DNA of 37,055 bases from Hormoscilla sp. (GCA_051439505.1 JBFRWI010000001.1:1-37055); one strand, 5' to 3'. Shown: positions 18,116 through 27,419, counted from the stretch's first letter. The notes: a model not told the origin generated them from the sequence alone. A program made the numbers and translations.

Positions 18116-19162
18116 TTACTCACAAATCGCCCCGCCCTCCATCAGGTCAATTTTCATCTGCCGAGAAATACCTGATGTTTCTCTGAAGTCCACATTTTCT
18201 ACATTGGCCCCCTTGAATAACGCCCCTTTGAGTTTAGTTCCTACCAACTTAGCCTCCTTCAGGTTAGCATCGATTAAGTCGGCATTTGTCAAGTCTGCCC
18301 CACTCATATCTGCATTACTTAGATTGGCTTTCTGTAAATAAGCACTGCTCAAATTTACTCCCTGCAATTGTGCGTAACTCAGATTAACTCGGGGGAGGAT
18401 ACTGCGCAAATCTGCTCCCGTTAGATTGGCATAGCTGAGGTCTGCATTCCGGAGATTGGCATTACTTAACTTGGCATTACTTAGATTAGCTTTATTTAAT
18501 TTCGCATTGTTCAGGTCTGCTAATCTCAAGTCGGCATTACTCAAATTTGTATCCCGTAAATCTGCCCAGCCTAAGTTAGCATAGTACAGGTTTATTCCAC
18601 TCATGTCCGCCCCTCCAAAGTCTTCCAGCGGGTTTAAGCCTACCTGTTCCGCGATTTCTAGAAAATCACCCGTTTCTACTGCGGAAAACCTCTGCCGCGC
18701 GATCGCCCATTGTTCCTGAAAACAGGCCCTCTCCTCCCGATCGTTTCCCATCTGGTGATAAGTCAGTCTCAGGTTCCCCAGGATCCTGCCGGATGCCTCA
18801 ATGTCCTGCTGTTGGAGGGCGATCGCCAACAGCAGCTGATAATATTCTATTGCTCTTGACAGTTCTCCTAAACTATGGTATACATTAGCTATATTTTCCA
18901 GAGCATTGGATTGTCCCCGCCAGTCCGAAATTGACTGGGCGATCGCCAGATGCTGCTGATAGTAATCTAGGGCGACTGGCAAATCTCCCAGGGCCTCATG
19001 GGCCGCCCCCAAATTGCCTAAAGCTGCCCCCATGCGCTTGCGATCGTCCGCTTCCCGATAGAGGGTGAGGGCTTGCTGCCAAGACTCTAATGCTGCTGCT
19101 ACGTCACCGGTCTGATATTGCCCAATTCCTTGTTTCAGTAAATCGTCTGCTGCTTTAGACAT
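18116..19162 (-). CDS. TPR + pentapeptide-repeat protein
   Basis: ALGNLGAAHEALG-type TPRs, then ADLRDTNLSNADL repeats. Confidence 0.88.
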   Translation of the reverse strand: MSKAADDLLKQGIGQYQTGDVAAALESWQQALTLYREADDRKRMGAALGNLGAAHEALGDLPVALDYYQQHLAIAQSISDWRGQSNALENIANVYHSLGELSRAIEYYQLLLAIALQQQDIEASGRILGNLRLTYHQMGNDREERACFQEQWAIARQRFSAVETGDFLEIAEQVGLNPLEDFGGADMSGINLYYANLGWADLRDTNLSNADLRLADLNNAKLNKANLSNAKLSNANLRNADLSYANLTGADLRSILPRVNLSYAQLQGVNLSSAYLQKANLSNADMSGADLTNADLIDANLKEAKLVGTKLKGALFKGANVENVDFRETSGISRQMKIDLMEGGAICE

Positions 19163-19219
19163 GGTTAATTCTCTTTCCTCTATATATAATAGTACATCAA
19201 TAAATGCGATCGTAACCTG

Positions 19220-20092
19220 ATGAAAAAATTATTAGTCACGGGAGCTAGCGGTTTTTTGGGATGGAACCTGTGCCAGTTGGCCCAACAAGAGTGGGAAGTT
19301 TACGGCACCTACCTTTCACAACCCCTGGCCATTCCCGGCGTCACCCTCCTGCAAGCTGACTTGCGAGATTTTCAGCTTCTCAAAGTACTCTTCCAGGAAA
19401 TTCAACCAGCAGCAGTTATCCATACTGCTGCTCAATCTAGTCCCAATTATTGTCAAACTCACCCCACGGAATCATATCATATTAATGTCACGGCCTCTAG
19501 CTATATTGCCGGATTGAGTGCCGATCGCCAAATTCCTTGTGTTTTTACCTCCACGGATCTGGTATTCGATGGCAGAAACCCTCCCTATCGGGAAACTGAC
19601 CCCGTCTCTCCTATTAGCTATTATGGCGAACAAAAGGTTCGGGCTGAACTGGAGATGCGATCGGGCCATGGGCAAGTAGCAATTTGCCGGATGCCATTAA
19701 TGTTTGGGGCAGCGCCGCCCCATGGGAGTAGCTTTATCCAACCCTTCATCAACAGCATGAGGGCAGGAAAAGAACTGAATTTATTCATCGACGAATTCCG
19801 AACGCCAGTCAGCGCTACAACCGCAGGGCGGGGACTGCTGTTGGCCTTGAAAAATCCAGGGATCCTGCACTTGGGAGGGAAAGAACGAATATCGCGGTAT
19901 GATTTTGGCAGGATAATGGCAGAAGTGCTGGGACTTCCCCAAGCAAAACTGAAACCTGGTCGCCAACAAGACATCCAAATGGCAGCACCCAGACCACCGG
20001 ATGTTTCTTTAGATAGTTCTAAAGCCTTTGCTTTGGGATATCAACCCTTGTCCATCAAATCAGAATTAACAGCCTTGCGAGGTAAAGTTTAA
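19220..20092 (+). CDS. RmlD-like extended SDR oxidoreductase
   Basis: LLVTGASGFLG, STDLVFDG, YGEQK and RPPDVSLDSSKA. Confidence 0.85.
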   Translation: MKKLLVTGASGFLGWNLCQLAQQEWEVYGTYLSQPLAIPGVTLLQADLRDFQLLKVLFQEIQPAAVIHTAAQSSPNYCQTHPTESYHINVTASSYIAGLSADRQIPCVFTSTDLVFDGRNPPYRETDPVSPISYYGEQKVRAELEMRSGHGQVAICRMPLMFGAAPPHGSSFIQPFINSMRAGKELNLFIDEFRTPVSATTAGRGLLLALKNPGILHLGGKERISRYDFGRIMAEVLGLPQAKLKPGRQQDIQMAAPRPPDVSLDSSKAFALGYQPLSIKSELTALRGKV

Positions 20093-20121
20093 TGAAAACA
20101 TCACAGAGAGGTTATCGCTAA

Positions 20122-20772
20122 GTGTCTGAATTTCACCTACTACTTGCACTACTTGCACTACTTCAGGGCTTCACTCTGTTAGCCGGAATAATTATCGCCA
20201 TCGGACCGCAAAATGTATTTGTGCTGCGTCAAGGACTCAAGCAGCAATATGCTTTCCCAACAGCCAGCGTCTGCTTTCTGTCCGACGTTACTCTCATTTC
20301 CCTGGGCGCGATCGGGTTTAGCACGCTGAAATCAAAGGTGCCAGAAATCACATCTGCGATCGCCTATGTTGGCATAGCATTTCTGCTGTTTTATGGCTTC
20401 CATTCATTTAAGTTAGCTTTCGCTCCGGTAATAAATATAGAGATAGTGGAAGCCGAGTCGAAAGACAGTCTCAGTAAGACTATTCTGGCAGTGCTAGCAT
20501 TATGTTTGTTTAACCCGAACATTTACCTTGAAGATCTGGTAATTTTAGGCGATATAGCATCCAGTTATCCAGCAAGTCAACGACTATTCTTCAGCCTGGG
20601 CGCGATGCTAGCGTCCTTCGTCTGGTATTTCGGACTCGCCTATGGCGCTAGCTGGCTAACTCCCTTGTTTCAACGTCCCTCTGCTTGGCGCATACTGGAC
20701 GCGATCGCTGGCTGCATCATGTGGACTATTGCTGGAACCCTAATCTTTTCTGTCTTGAACCACTCCTTCTAG
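20122..20772 (+). CDS. LysE/ArgO family amino-acid exporter
   Basis: IIAIGPQNVFVLRQGL, NPNIYLE and AWRILD. Confidence 0.88.
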   Translation: MSEFHLLLALLALLQGFTLLAGIIIAIGPQNVFVLRQGLKQQYAFPTASVCFLSDVTLISLGAIGFSTLKSKVPEITSAIAYVGIAFLLFYGFHSFKLAFAPVINIEIVEAESKDSLSKTILAVLALCLFNPNIYLEDLVILGDIASSYPASQRLFFSLGAMLASFVWYFGLAYGASWLTPLFQRPSAWRILDAIAGCIMWTIAGTLIFSVLNHSF

Positions 20773-20845
20773 GGATAACCCGATCGATTAACATTAGTAG
20801 ATGAGATAACATTCGTTACCTCATCTACAGAATATTAATAATTCG

Positions 20846-21101
20846 CTATTGGCAATTTGCCATTTCCTCAGCTAATTATTCAGCGGTATATTGCAGAAAA
20901 TAGACTTGGTAGCGAAATAAAGCATCCAGAAACTCAGCCCGGGTTAAACCAGCAATTTCCGCTGCTTTTCCTTGAGATATTTCTCCGAGTTCGTACCATT
21001 TTACGGCTGCCGAAATCCGCATTTCTCGGACAAATTTATCGGGTGCTTTTCTCAGGGCTGTAAATACGCTTTTTGGTAGGGTCAATGGAGACTGTTGTCA
21101 T
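20846..21101 (-). pseudogene. UPF0175 family (putative antitoxin) pseudogene
   Basis: AGGAG precedes ATG 21101 (MTTVSID). An apparent +1 frameshift leads into LPKSVF...AAVKWYELGEISQGKAAEIAGL. A premature TAA at 20876-20878 (YTAE*LAEEM) follows. Confidence 0.75.
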
Positions 21102-21176
21102 ATTAACTCCTGAATAAAATGTAGTTCAAATATGGTTCGTAAGCTGGGAGTTTGCTTTTCTAGCTGTCAAGTGACA

Positions 21177-21229
21177 CCAGAGGCAGAGCCTCCCGAAGCC
21201 GTTCCCTGCCAGAGACAGGGAACGAGAGA
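21177..21229. repeat. Dispersed repeat family (GAGGCAGAGCCTC / CGTTCCCTG...GGGAACGAGAGA)
   Basis: Related copies at 22761-22880, 24325-24350, 24767-24792 and 28138-28250. Confidence 0.7.
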
Positions 21230-21369
21230 ATAAACTGTACCACATCAATTTAAGAAACGCTATATGGTATTAGTCGGTTTTAACCGACTTTAGCTATTTA
21301 GCCTCGTTACCTGGCTCCCGCCTGGTAACGCGGGGGTTTGAACCCCCGGCGGGCTGACAGCGAAGACAA

Positions 21370-22608
21370 TTAATCTTCAAAAATTGCCCCGCGTTGCTGC
21401 AAGTCATGCTTCATTTCTTCTGTCAACCCGGGATTATCCTTAAACCGGGCATTCTCTACTTTCGCATCACTTAACTGCACGTCAGTTAAGTTCGCTAATA
21501 CTACCCCCGCACCTGTTAAATCTGCACTTGTCAAGTTGGCACCATTCAGGTTACTATCGCTCAAGTTGGCATTGCTGAGATTGGCTTCGCTCAGATTTGC
21601 TCCCACTAGGTAAGCACCGCTGATATTCGCCAATGCTAAACTGGCACGATGCAAATCAGCTCTTCCTAAGTCCGCATCGCTCAAATAAGCTCCACTCATG
21701 TCCGCACCCCCTAAGTTGGCCTCATTTAAATCCGCATTGCTCATGTCTATATCGCATAAGTCAGCCCCCCGCAGGTACACCCGCCGCAAGTTGGCTCCAC
21801 TTAAGTCCGCACTGCTTAAATTTGTCCCCAGCAGCTTCGCACCGACAAAATCTTCGGCGGGTTTTAATCCTACAATTTTTGCTAACTCCACAAAGTCATC
21901 GGTTTCGGCTTTCATTATCCTCTCGATCGCCCCTTGGATCTGAGCAATATCCAAACTTGCTTGGGGGGTGGGTTGCTGTGGGACTTCAGCATCCGATCGC
22001 CACCAGGCCCGACTCAGATAAGGCTGTAACTTCTCGGACAGCAGAACTAAGGCGATTTTTCTATCTAATATAGCCAATTTATTCGGGCTGATGCTGTGGG
22101 ACCACAATCCCTCGGCATCACTTACCTGCAGTTCCGACGCGGAGACGGTAAATGTGGCTTCGACAATTGCTGGCGTACCCGTTAGTTCCACTGTTGGCAA
22201 CTGCAGCTGGTTGAGGCTACCATTCAATATCTTGCCACTGTTGGCGCTCAATGCCCAGATGGGGTTCTCTGCTGTCCCTTCCGCGATCGCGCGACAGTCG
22301 AGTTCTGCCAGTTCTAGGGGATGACTGCGAGAGGGAGGCATTTTACAGTTGGACAACTTGAGGTGAAGCTGTCCCCCCGTAAGACCGAGTTTAACGCGAC
22401 CTGCACCCAAATTTTCCCAATGTTCCTGAAAGCGGAGGGTGACGTTGAGTTCGAGAAGTTCGGGGGTAGATGACTGCACTGGTGTGACAGCCAATTCCAG
22501 AGCCAAGCAGTCTGGGTATCTGTTCTGTGAAAGGGGTTGTGGCATTGCTGTGTCTAACTTGTTTAGGAGTGGTTTACTATCTAGCTTAACATTACCTCTG
22601 ACAAGCAT
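21370..22608 (-). CDS. Pentapeptide-repeat protein with unique N-terminal domain (start possibly 22545)
   Basis: GLWSHSISPNKLAILDRK domain followed by ADLSGANL repeats. Ends LQQRGAIFED. Confidence 0.85.
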   Translation of the reverse strand: MLVRGNVKLDSKPLLNKLDTAMPQPLSQNRYPDCLALELAVTPVQSSTPELLELNVTLRFQEHWENLGAGRVKLGLTGGQLHLKLSNCKMPPSRSHPLELAELDCRAIAEGTAENPIWALSANSGKILNGSLNQLQLPTVELTGTPAIVEATFTVSASELQVSDAEGLWSHSISPNKLAILDRKIALVLLSEKLQPYLSRAWWRSDAEVPQQPTPQASLDIAQIQGAIERIMKAETDDFVELAKIVGLKPAEDFVGAKLLGTNLSSADLSGANLRRVYLRGADLCDIDMSNADLNEANLGGADMSGAYLSDADLGRADLHRASLALANISGAYLVGANLSEANLSNANLSDSNLNGANLTSADLTGAGVVLANLTDVQLSDAKVENARFKDNPGLTEEMKHDLQQRGAIFED

Positions 22609-22981
22609 AACATAAAATTATAATTAATTTCAATTCTCGATTTGTCTCGTGGCCCGCCGGGGGTTCAAACCCCCGGCTAATAGCTCAAGTCGGTTAAAAC
22701 CGACTGCAAACATTATCGATGAAAACTCCTTTTTTTATGTATCATATCAAAGAATCCATATCTCTCGTTCCCTGACTCTGGCACGGAACGTCCACCAAGA
22801 GGCTCTGCCTCCTGGGAATCACGGGGAAGCAGAGCCTCAAAGGCGATCGTTCCCAGCGGGGACCGCCCTCCATCGAGGAACCTGTTTAAACGATTGACAT
22901 TCATACAGATATTCATTATAGTTAAGAAGATTAGGAAATTTAAGTAATTGCGCGTTACCAGGCGGGAGCCAGGTAACGAGG

Positions 22982-23246
22982 AATCTGGAAATTTTACACC
23001 AATACCGTGACGATATCCTCAATTTAGCAGGACAATATCATTCTGCAAATGTGGTTCGGTTCCGTGGCCAGGGGTGAAGCAACGGAAACTAGCGATGTTG
23101 ATTTTATCATCGATCGCACTCCCGAACAGGATTTGTTTGATTTTATTCGCTTTGCTGGCGCTCTGGAAGAGCTTTTGGGGTGTAAAGTTGATGTGGTGCA
23201 TAGCAGCGCCTGGCATCACTCGATTCGAGAACGGGTTTTTCAATAG
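22982..23246 (+). pseudogene. Minimal nucleotidyltransferase (MNT) antitoxin, frameshifted
   Basis: LEILHQYRDDILNLAGQYHSANV in one frame, then FGSVARGEATETSDVDF...LEELLGCKVDVV in another frame from about 23055. The start region is occupied by a 29-bp palindrome. Confidence 0.75.
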
Positions 23247-23257
23247 GCGATCGCTCT

Positions 23258-23690
23258 ATGAGTTCGTCATCTAAAAGTCCTTGGTTTTTTCTGTATCAGA
23301 TGAAAGAATCCATTGAGGCGATCGCGTCCTATCTTCAAGATGGAGGTAAGGATGGGTTTTTGCACGGGCCCATGGCAATACTTAACAATCTGTCATTGCG
23401 AGGGGGAAACCAAAACCGACATTTTAGGGATCCAAGCGACGATACCCCCGTTAGCGCAGCGGCCCGACGCAGGAGGGCTAGCAATCTCACCGACTTATAC
23501 TCGACGGGGGGATTGCTTCGGGGGGGTTAATTCAATTGAGCAGGCCGTTATCGCTACGTACCCCCCCCCCTCGCAATGACAAATGTACCTGCCGTTGTGC
23601 TTAACCGAGAAGTATTGAGGCCCATGGTGCAAATGGCTGTTTTGCACGAACTGGTTATTATTGGAGAAGCGGCGAATAACCTATCTCGGA
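23258..23690 (+). pseudogene. HEPN/HepT (DUF86) toxin, interrupted by a MITE and 3'-truncated
   Basis: LYQMKESIEAIASYL...GFLHGPM | VQMAVLHELVIIGEAANNLS rejoins in frame when the MITE and one target duplication are removed. No RxxxxH motif remains. Confidence 0.75.
23376..23617. mobile_element. 242-bp MITE with CAATACTT...AAGTATTG ends and 10-bp target duplication
   Basis: GGGCCCATGG (23366-23375) and AGGCCCATGG (23618-23627) flank it. The right end is CTTAACCGAGAAGTATTG. The interior carries the inverted pair TGTCATTGCGAG...CTCGCAATGACA. Confidence 0.8.
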
Positions 23691-23696
23691 GGAACG

Positions 23697-23984
23697 TTAG
23701 CTTTCCGCTTGGCGATAGAACTCTACATAAAATTCCACCGGGCCGAGAGGTTCGACTTCATGTGGTGTCTGGGGCTCCACAATACCTGGTGAATATGGTG
23801 TTAGCACGTGTTCTTCTGGGGGTTCTGTGAGGATTCGATAGCAAAGTTGGCCAGATATGACACAAATTTTGCCCCAACTCCCCTCTTTTGTCCTGTGGCG
23901 ATCGAGCAGTCCTTTGGGAATAGTATCTTGCGTAAAAACAGGTGTTTCTCGGTAGGCTGTTACATTAGGGGGCAGTGTTTTCAT
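23697..23984 (-). CDS. DUF1971 (YeaR/TehB N-terminal-like) cupin protein
   Basis: YRETPVFTQDTIPKGLLDRHRTKEGSWGKI...VEPQTPHEVEP...FYVEFY. Confidence 0.85.
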   Translation of the reverse strand: MKTLPPNVTAYRETPVFTQDTIPKGLLDRHRTKEGSWGKICVISGQLCYRILTEPPEEHVLTPYSPGIVEPQTPHEVEPLGPVEFYVEFYRQAES

Positions 23985-24017
23985 TTTCGATCTCCAATTT
24001 TCAGTCTAGATATCACC

Positions 24018-24887
24018 AAAGTATCCAGCAGGCGATGCCCCACCTGTAGGGGCGAAGCATTTGGGCGATCGCCTATGGAACAAACCGAGAATTTCTATTC
24101 CCAAATGCTTCGCCCTCTACCTCACCGACAAGCCCACCGTACAAGTGTTATGATACAAATTAAGGAGGTGAAAGTGGGATATGTTCGGGGGGCGTGAAGG
24201 TGGGGGCCGGGCGTTAGCGCAGCGGCTGCGCAGCAGCTAGCATTGCGGAACCAAGATAAGGGATGGGTATCAAACCTTATCGCCGCAATGCTTCGCCCCT
24301 ACAATGGTATCGTCTTTCCCTACCCCCTGACTCTGGCAGGGAACGAGAGATTAGTCAACGCCCATATAAACTGAGGATTTCATTGATTTTGCTAATTCGT
24401 AATCTCATTTGGGCTAGTTCCCGATCGAACTCTGCTCGACTGAGCAACCGCTTTGCACAGCCGCATGGTGCAAAGTAAAGTATCCAGCAGGCGATGCCGG
24501 CGATGCCCCACCTGTAGGGGCGAAGCATTTGGGCGATAACCTATGGAACAAACCGATAATTTATATTCCCAAATGCTTCGCCCTATACCTCACCGACAAG
24601 CCCACCGTACAAGTGTTATGATACAAATTAAGGACGTGAAGTGGGATATGTTCGGGGGGCGTTCCGGTGGGTGCCGGGCGAAGCATTGCGGAACCAAGAT
24701 AAGGGATGGGTATCAAACCTTATCGCCGCAATGCTTCGCCCCTACAATGGTATCGTCTTTTCCTACCCCCTGACTCTGGCAAGGAACGAGAGATTAGTCA
24801 ACGCCCATAAGGATTTCATTGATTTGGCTAATTCGTAATCTCATTTGGGCAAGTTCCCGATCGAACTCTGCACGACTGAGCAACCGC
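24018..24887. repeat. Tandem segmental duplication (about 430/410 bp; 24018-24451 and 24477-24887) containing GTAGGGGCGAAGCATT...AATGCTTCGCCC REP pairs
   Basis: Direct alignment by eye. Both copies include the 3' end of the 24794-25369 gene. A 25-bp hairpin lies at the junction. Confidence 0.9.
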
Positions 24888-25369
24888 CCTTCCAGATAAC
24901 AGGTATTCCCTTGATTCCAGTGCTTGTTACAGTCTGCTTGAGCTGCAATACATTTCATATGTGCTATACGCCGCTCTAGATCGTACAGTTCGTTTTCCAG
25001 CTCAGATGATCTTTCCCCCGCCATTTCTGCTTCAGCGCAACTGGGAATTGGATCTGGCTGAGTCCTAGCCTTATCGGCAGTTTCCGGCTGTATGGCAGGA
25101 GGAACAGTTGGGACAGTAAAGCCAGACATTCCTTTCTCAACACGATCGGGAGTTTGATCTGGCTGAGTCCCAGTCTTATCGGCAGTTTCCGGCTGTATAG
25201 CAGGAGGAACAGTAGATCGAGAATTCTCCGCGCATGACAAACCCATTTCGCATTTTATTTCATCTTGAAAAAAATCAATCACACTACTAGCGATCTTAGT
25301 ACCAAGCCCTATAATGGCAATAATTAGCGCTAGCAGACTAATTATAGAATCTCGACTCCATCCATTCAT
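24794..25369 (-). CDS. Membrane-anchored hypothetical protein with internal repeat and Cys/Trp C-terminal domain
   Basis: N-terminal TM helix, TVPPAIQPETADKxxTQPD twice, and C-terminus DCNKHWNQGNTCYLEGRLLSRAEFDRELAQMRLRIS. Confidence 0.7.
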   Translation of the reverse strand: MNGWSRDSIISLLALIIAIIGLGTKIASSVIDFFQDEIKCEMGLSCAENSRSTVPPAIQPETADKTGTQPDQTPDRVEKGMSGFTVPTVPPAIQPETADKARTQPDPIPSCAEAEMAGERSSELENELYDLERRIAHMKCIAAQADCNKHWNQGNTCYLEGRLLSRAEFDRELAQMRLRISQINEILMGVD

Positions 25370-25727
25370 CCTTTCTCTCCCTATCAGATTCGCGCCTTTA
25401 CCTCAAGTAAAAAATAGCACTGCTGCGCTGCCCACCTACATAGATCTCATTTTATCCAAAATTCTCTAATTTGCGGATCTTGGGGCCGCTGGAGCGGAAA
25501 CTGCAGATAGAGCCAGTCAAGTAACCGCTCGATGGGAGAGGATGGCTGGCAACCAGCTGCCAGCAAACTCCTCTGAGAAATTCCATACAGACCCCTTGTC
25601 AATGAGCGAGTGTCGTGCTAGCATAAGTTTATGCTGTTTTACGGCTACCTGACTGTAACAAGCGTAGGCAGTAGCTGTCTACGAACGGATACAAATGTAT
25701 TGCTGTTGACCAAAGGACAAGAAGATC

Positions 25728-26471
25728 ATGTACGAGAACCAGAGAAAGGACAAACTTGAGCGAGGATTCACACTGGTTGAATTATTAGTGATAATCATAT
25801 TTCTAGGTATGATTATGACAGGTTTTGCAAGTTGTGGGAAAAAGCCGGAAAAAAGGGAGTCCACTAACCGCCCCACTCCCACTAAAAGCACTCCACCAGT
25901 AGTAAAAAAGGCCCCGACGACTCCACCAGTAGTAAAAAAGGCCCCGACGACTCCCCAAAAGCCTGCATGTGATGAGAGTTGTATCAATGGAAAAATTAAA
26001 GCAGCGGAAAAAGCAGTGTCGTCACTAAAATCAAAGCGAAGGAGTGAACTTCAACCTCTCTACGATAAATATTCACGTGATTACAAACTTCACCATTATA
26101 AGCTGGGAGTAAAATTAAAGAATTTGGGGATTAACAATCATGAGGAATTTGAGAGAAATTGCGATCGGCATAGAGAAGCCTGTAACATCCTTAAAAGGAC
26201 GGCAATTTTGCAACAGTCGATGTTGTTTATTGAAGACAAAATCAAGAAGTATGATAGAAAAATTGATAAAATCGAACAAAATGTGTGGGTGTTAAATATC
26301 AAGCTTGAAATGGAAAAAATAGCAGATTCGCCAGAAGAGCAAAAGCAAGTCAACGAAATCATCAATTCCACAAATCAGATTATTCAAGAAGAGATTACCC
26401 CACCTGAAGCACAGGACATTGGGAAATTACAGCAGACAATCTTTGACGAAATTATGGGAGGAAATAACTGA
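25728..26471 (+). CDS. Exported protein with prepilin-type N-terminus, lipobox, Pro-rich linker and coiled coil
   Basis: ERG|FTLVELLVIII, then FASC, then a 30-bp tandem repeat (TPPVVKKAPT x2). Confidence 0.7.
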   Translation: MYENQRKDKLERGFTLVELLVIIIFLGMIMTGFASCGKKPEKRESTNRPTPTKSTPPVVKKAPTTPPVVKKAPTTPQKPACDESCINGKIKAAEKAVSSLKSKRRSELQPLYDKYSRDYKLHHYKLGVKLKNLGINNHEEFERNCDRHREACNILKRTAILQQSMLFIEDKIKKYDRKIDKIEQNVWVLNIKLEMEKIADSPEEQKQVNEIINSTNQIIQEEITPPEAQDIGKLQQTIFDEIMGGNN

Positions 26472-26473
26472 AA

Positions 26474-27145
26474 ATGCTGATGTTGAAAAAAAAAACCGCT
26501 GCTGATAACATCCATCCTTATCGAGAAGCCTTGCATACCCTACTTTCGGGCGATCCCGAGGGACTCTCGGCGATCGCGATCGCATCCCATCTAGGGCTAT
26601 CAGAGAAAGAGTGCGATCGCCTGCTGCACTCGGAACAGATGAGAGACGCCATAGAAGCAGATCCCTACAGCGGGAAATTGCTATTCCGCAGCAAAAGCAA
26701 CAGTCAACCCGACCTTACTCTCGAAGAAGAGTTAGAAAGGGCCCGTCAAAAACTGCGGCGCCGGAGAATAAAAGTAGCATTCCTTTCATCCCTGCTGTCC
26801 GGTGCAGCGATCGCATTAGTAGCAGTAGTCCCCGCCATCAGAAGGGCGATCGAGCCACCGGCAGCAACATGGGATCCAGAATGGAGCCAAATTAGTGCTG
26901 AACTAGAAATAGCCGCGCAAAAGCGACTTGAATTAGAAGAAGAACGCCGGGATCTAGCTCAACGCCTAGCACATATGAAAACTATAGCAGCAAAAGCAGA
27001 CTGTAGCACGGATTGGAGTCAAGGAAAAACCTGCTATCTGGAAGGGCGGTTGCTGAGTCGAGCAGCATTCGATCGGGAACTAGCGCAAATGAGATTGCGA
27101 ATTAGCCAACTCGACGAAATCCTCAGCAGTTCCCCCCGTTCGTAG
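26474..27145 (+). CDS. HTH-like + TM + Cys/Trp C-terminal domain protein
   Basis: LSAIAIASHLGLSEKECDRLL, a TM helix, and a C-terminus paralogous to 24794-25369. Starts 2 nt after the previous stop codon. Confidence 0.7.
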   Translation: MLMLKKKTAADNIHPYREALHTLLSGDPEGLSAIAIASHLGLSEKECDRLLHSEQMRDAIEADPYSGKLLFRSKSNSQPDLTLEEELERARQKLRRRRIKVAFLSSLLSGAAIALVAVVPAIRRAIEPPAATWDPEWSQISAELEIAAQKRLELEEERRDLAQRLAHMKTIAAKADCSTDWSQGKTCYLEGRLLSRAAFDRELAQMRLRISQLDEILSSSPRS

Positions 27146-27268
27146 TAAAGACTTTAGTCTTTCCCCGATCGTTCGTAGTAAAGACTTTAGTCTTTCCCCG
27201 CCCGTTCGTAGTAAAGACTTTAGTCTTTCCCCGATCGTTCGTAGTAAAGACTTTAGTCTTTCCCCGAT
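27137..27268 (+). repeat. 4 x 33-bp tandem repeat CGTTCGTAGTAAAGACTTTAGTCTTTCCCCGAT
   Basis: Internal hairpin AAAGAC-TTTA-GTCTTT. A fifth copy lies at about 28086-28115. Confidence 0.92.
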
Positions 27269-27419
27269 AGATGCATCTCAATGCATGTAATCTAGCCCGC
27301 GCAGGCGGGCTTTGTTCCTGTAGCCGGGCCCTTTAGGGTTCGGGTGCGGGGTTCTTCCCCGATCGCGCACAGAGATAGTACAATAAGGAGAGACTAAAAT
27401 TTGCTTAGAAAAGATTGCC

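Noticed and set aside
23808..24838. Plus-strand ORFs in the duplicated region
   Set aside because: They are derived from REP/duplication sequence and have no protein-like motifs.
24352..24887. DGR template/variable repeat pair
   Set aside because: The three substitutions versus the adjacent gene are at adenines of the orphan copy. However, there are too few, an indel is present, homology extends over non-coding flanks, and no reverse transcriptase is in the window.
27137..27268. CRISPR array
   Set aside because: Units are contiguous with no unique spacers, and there are no cas genes in the window.
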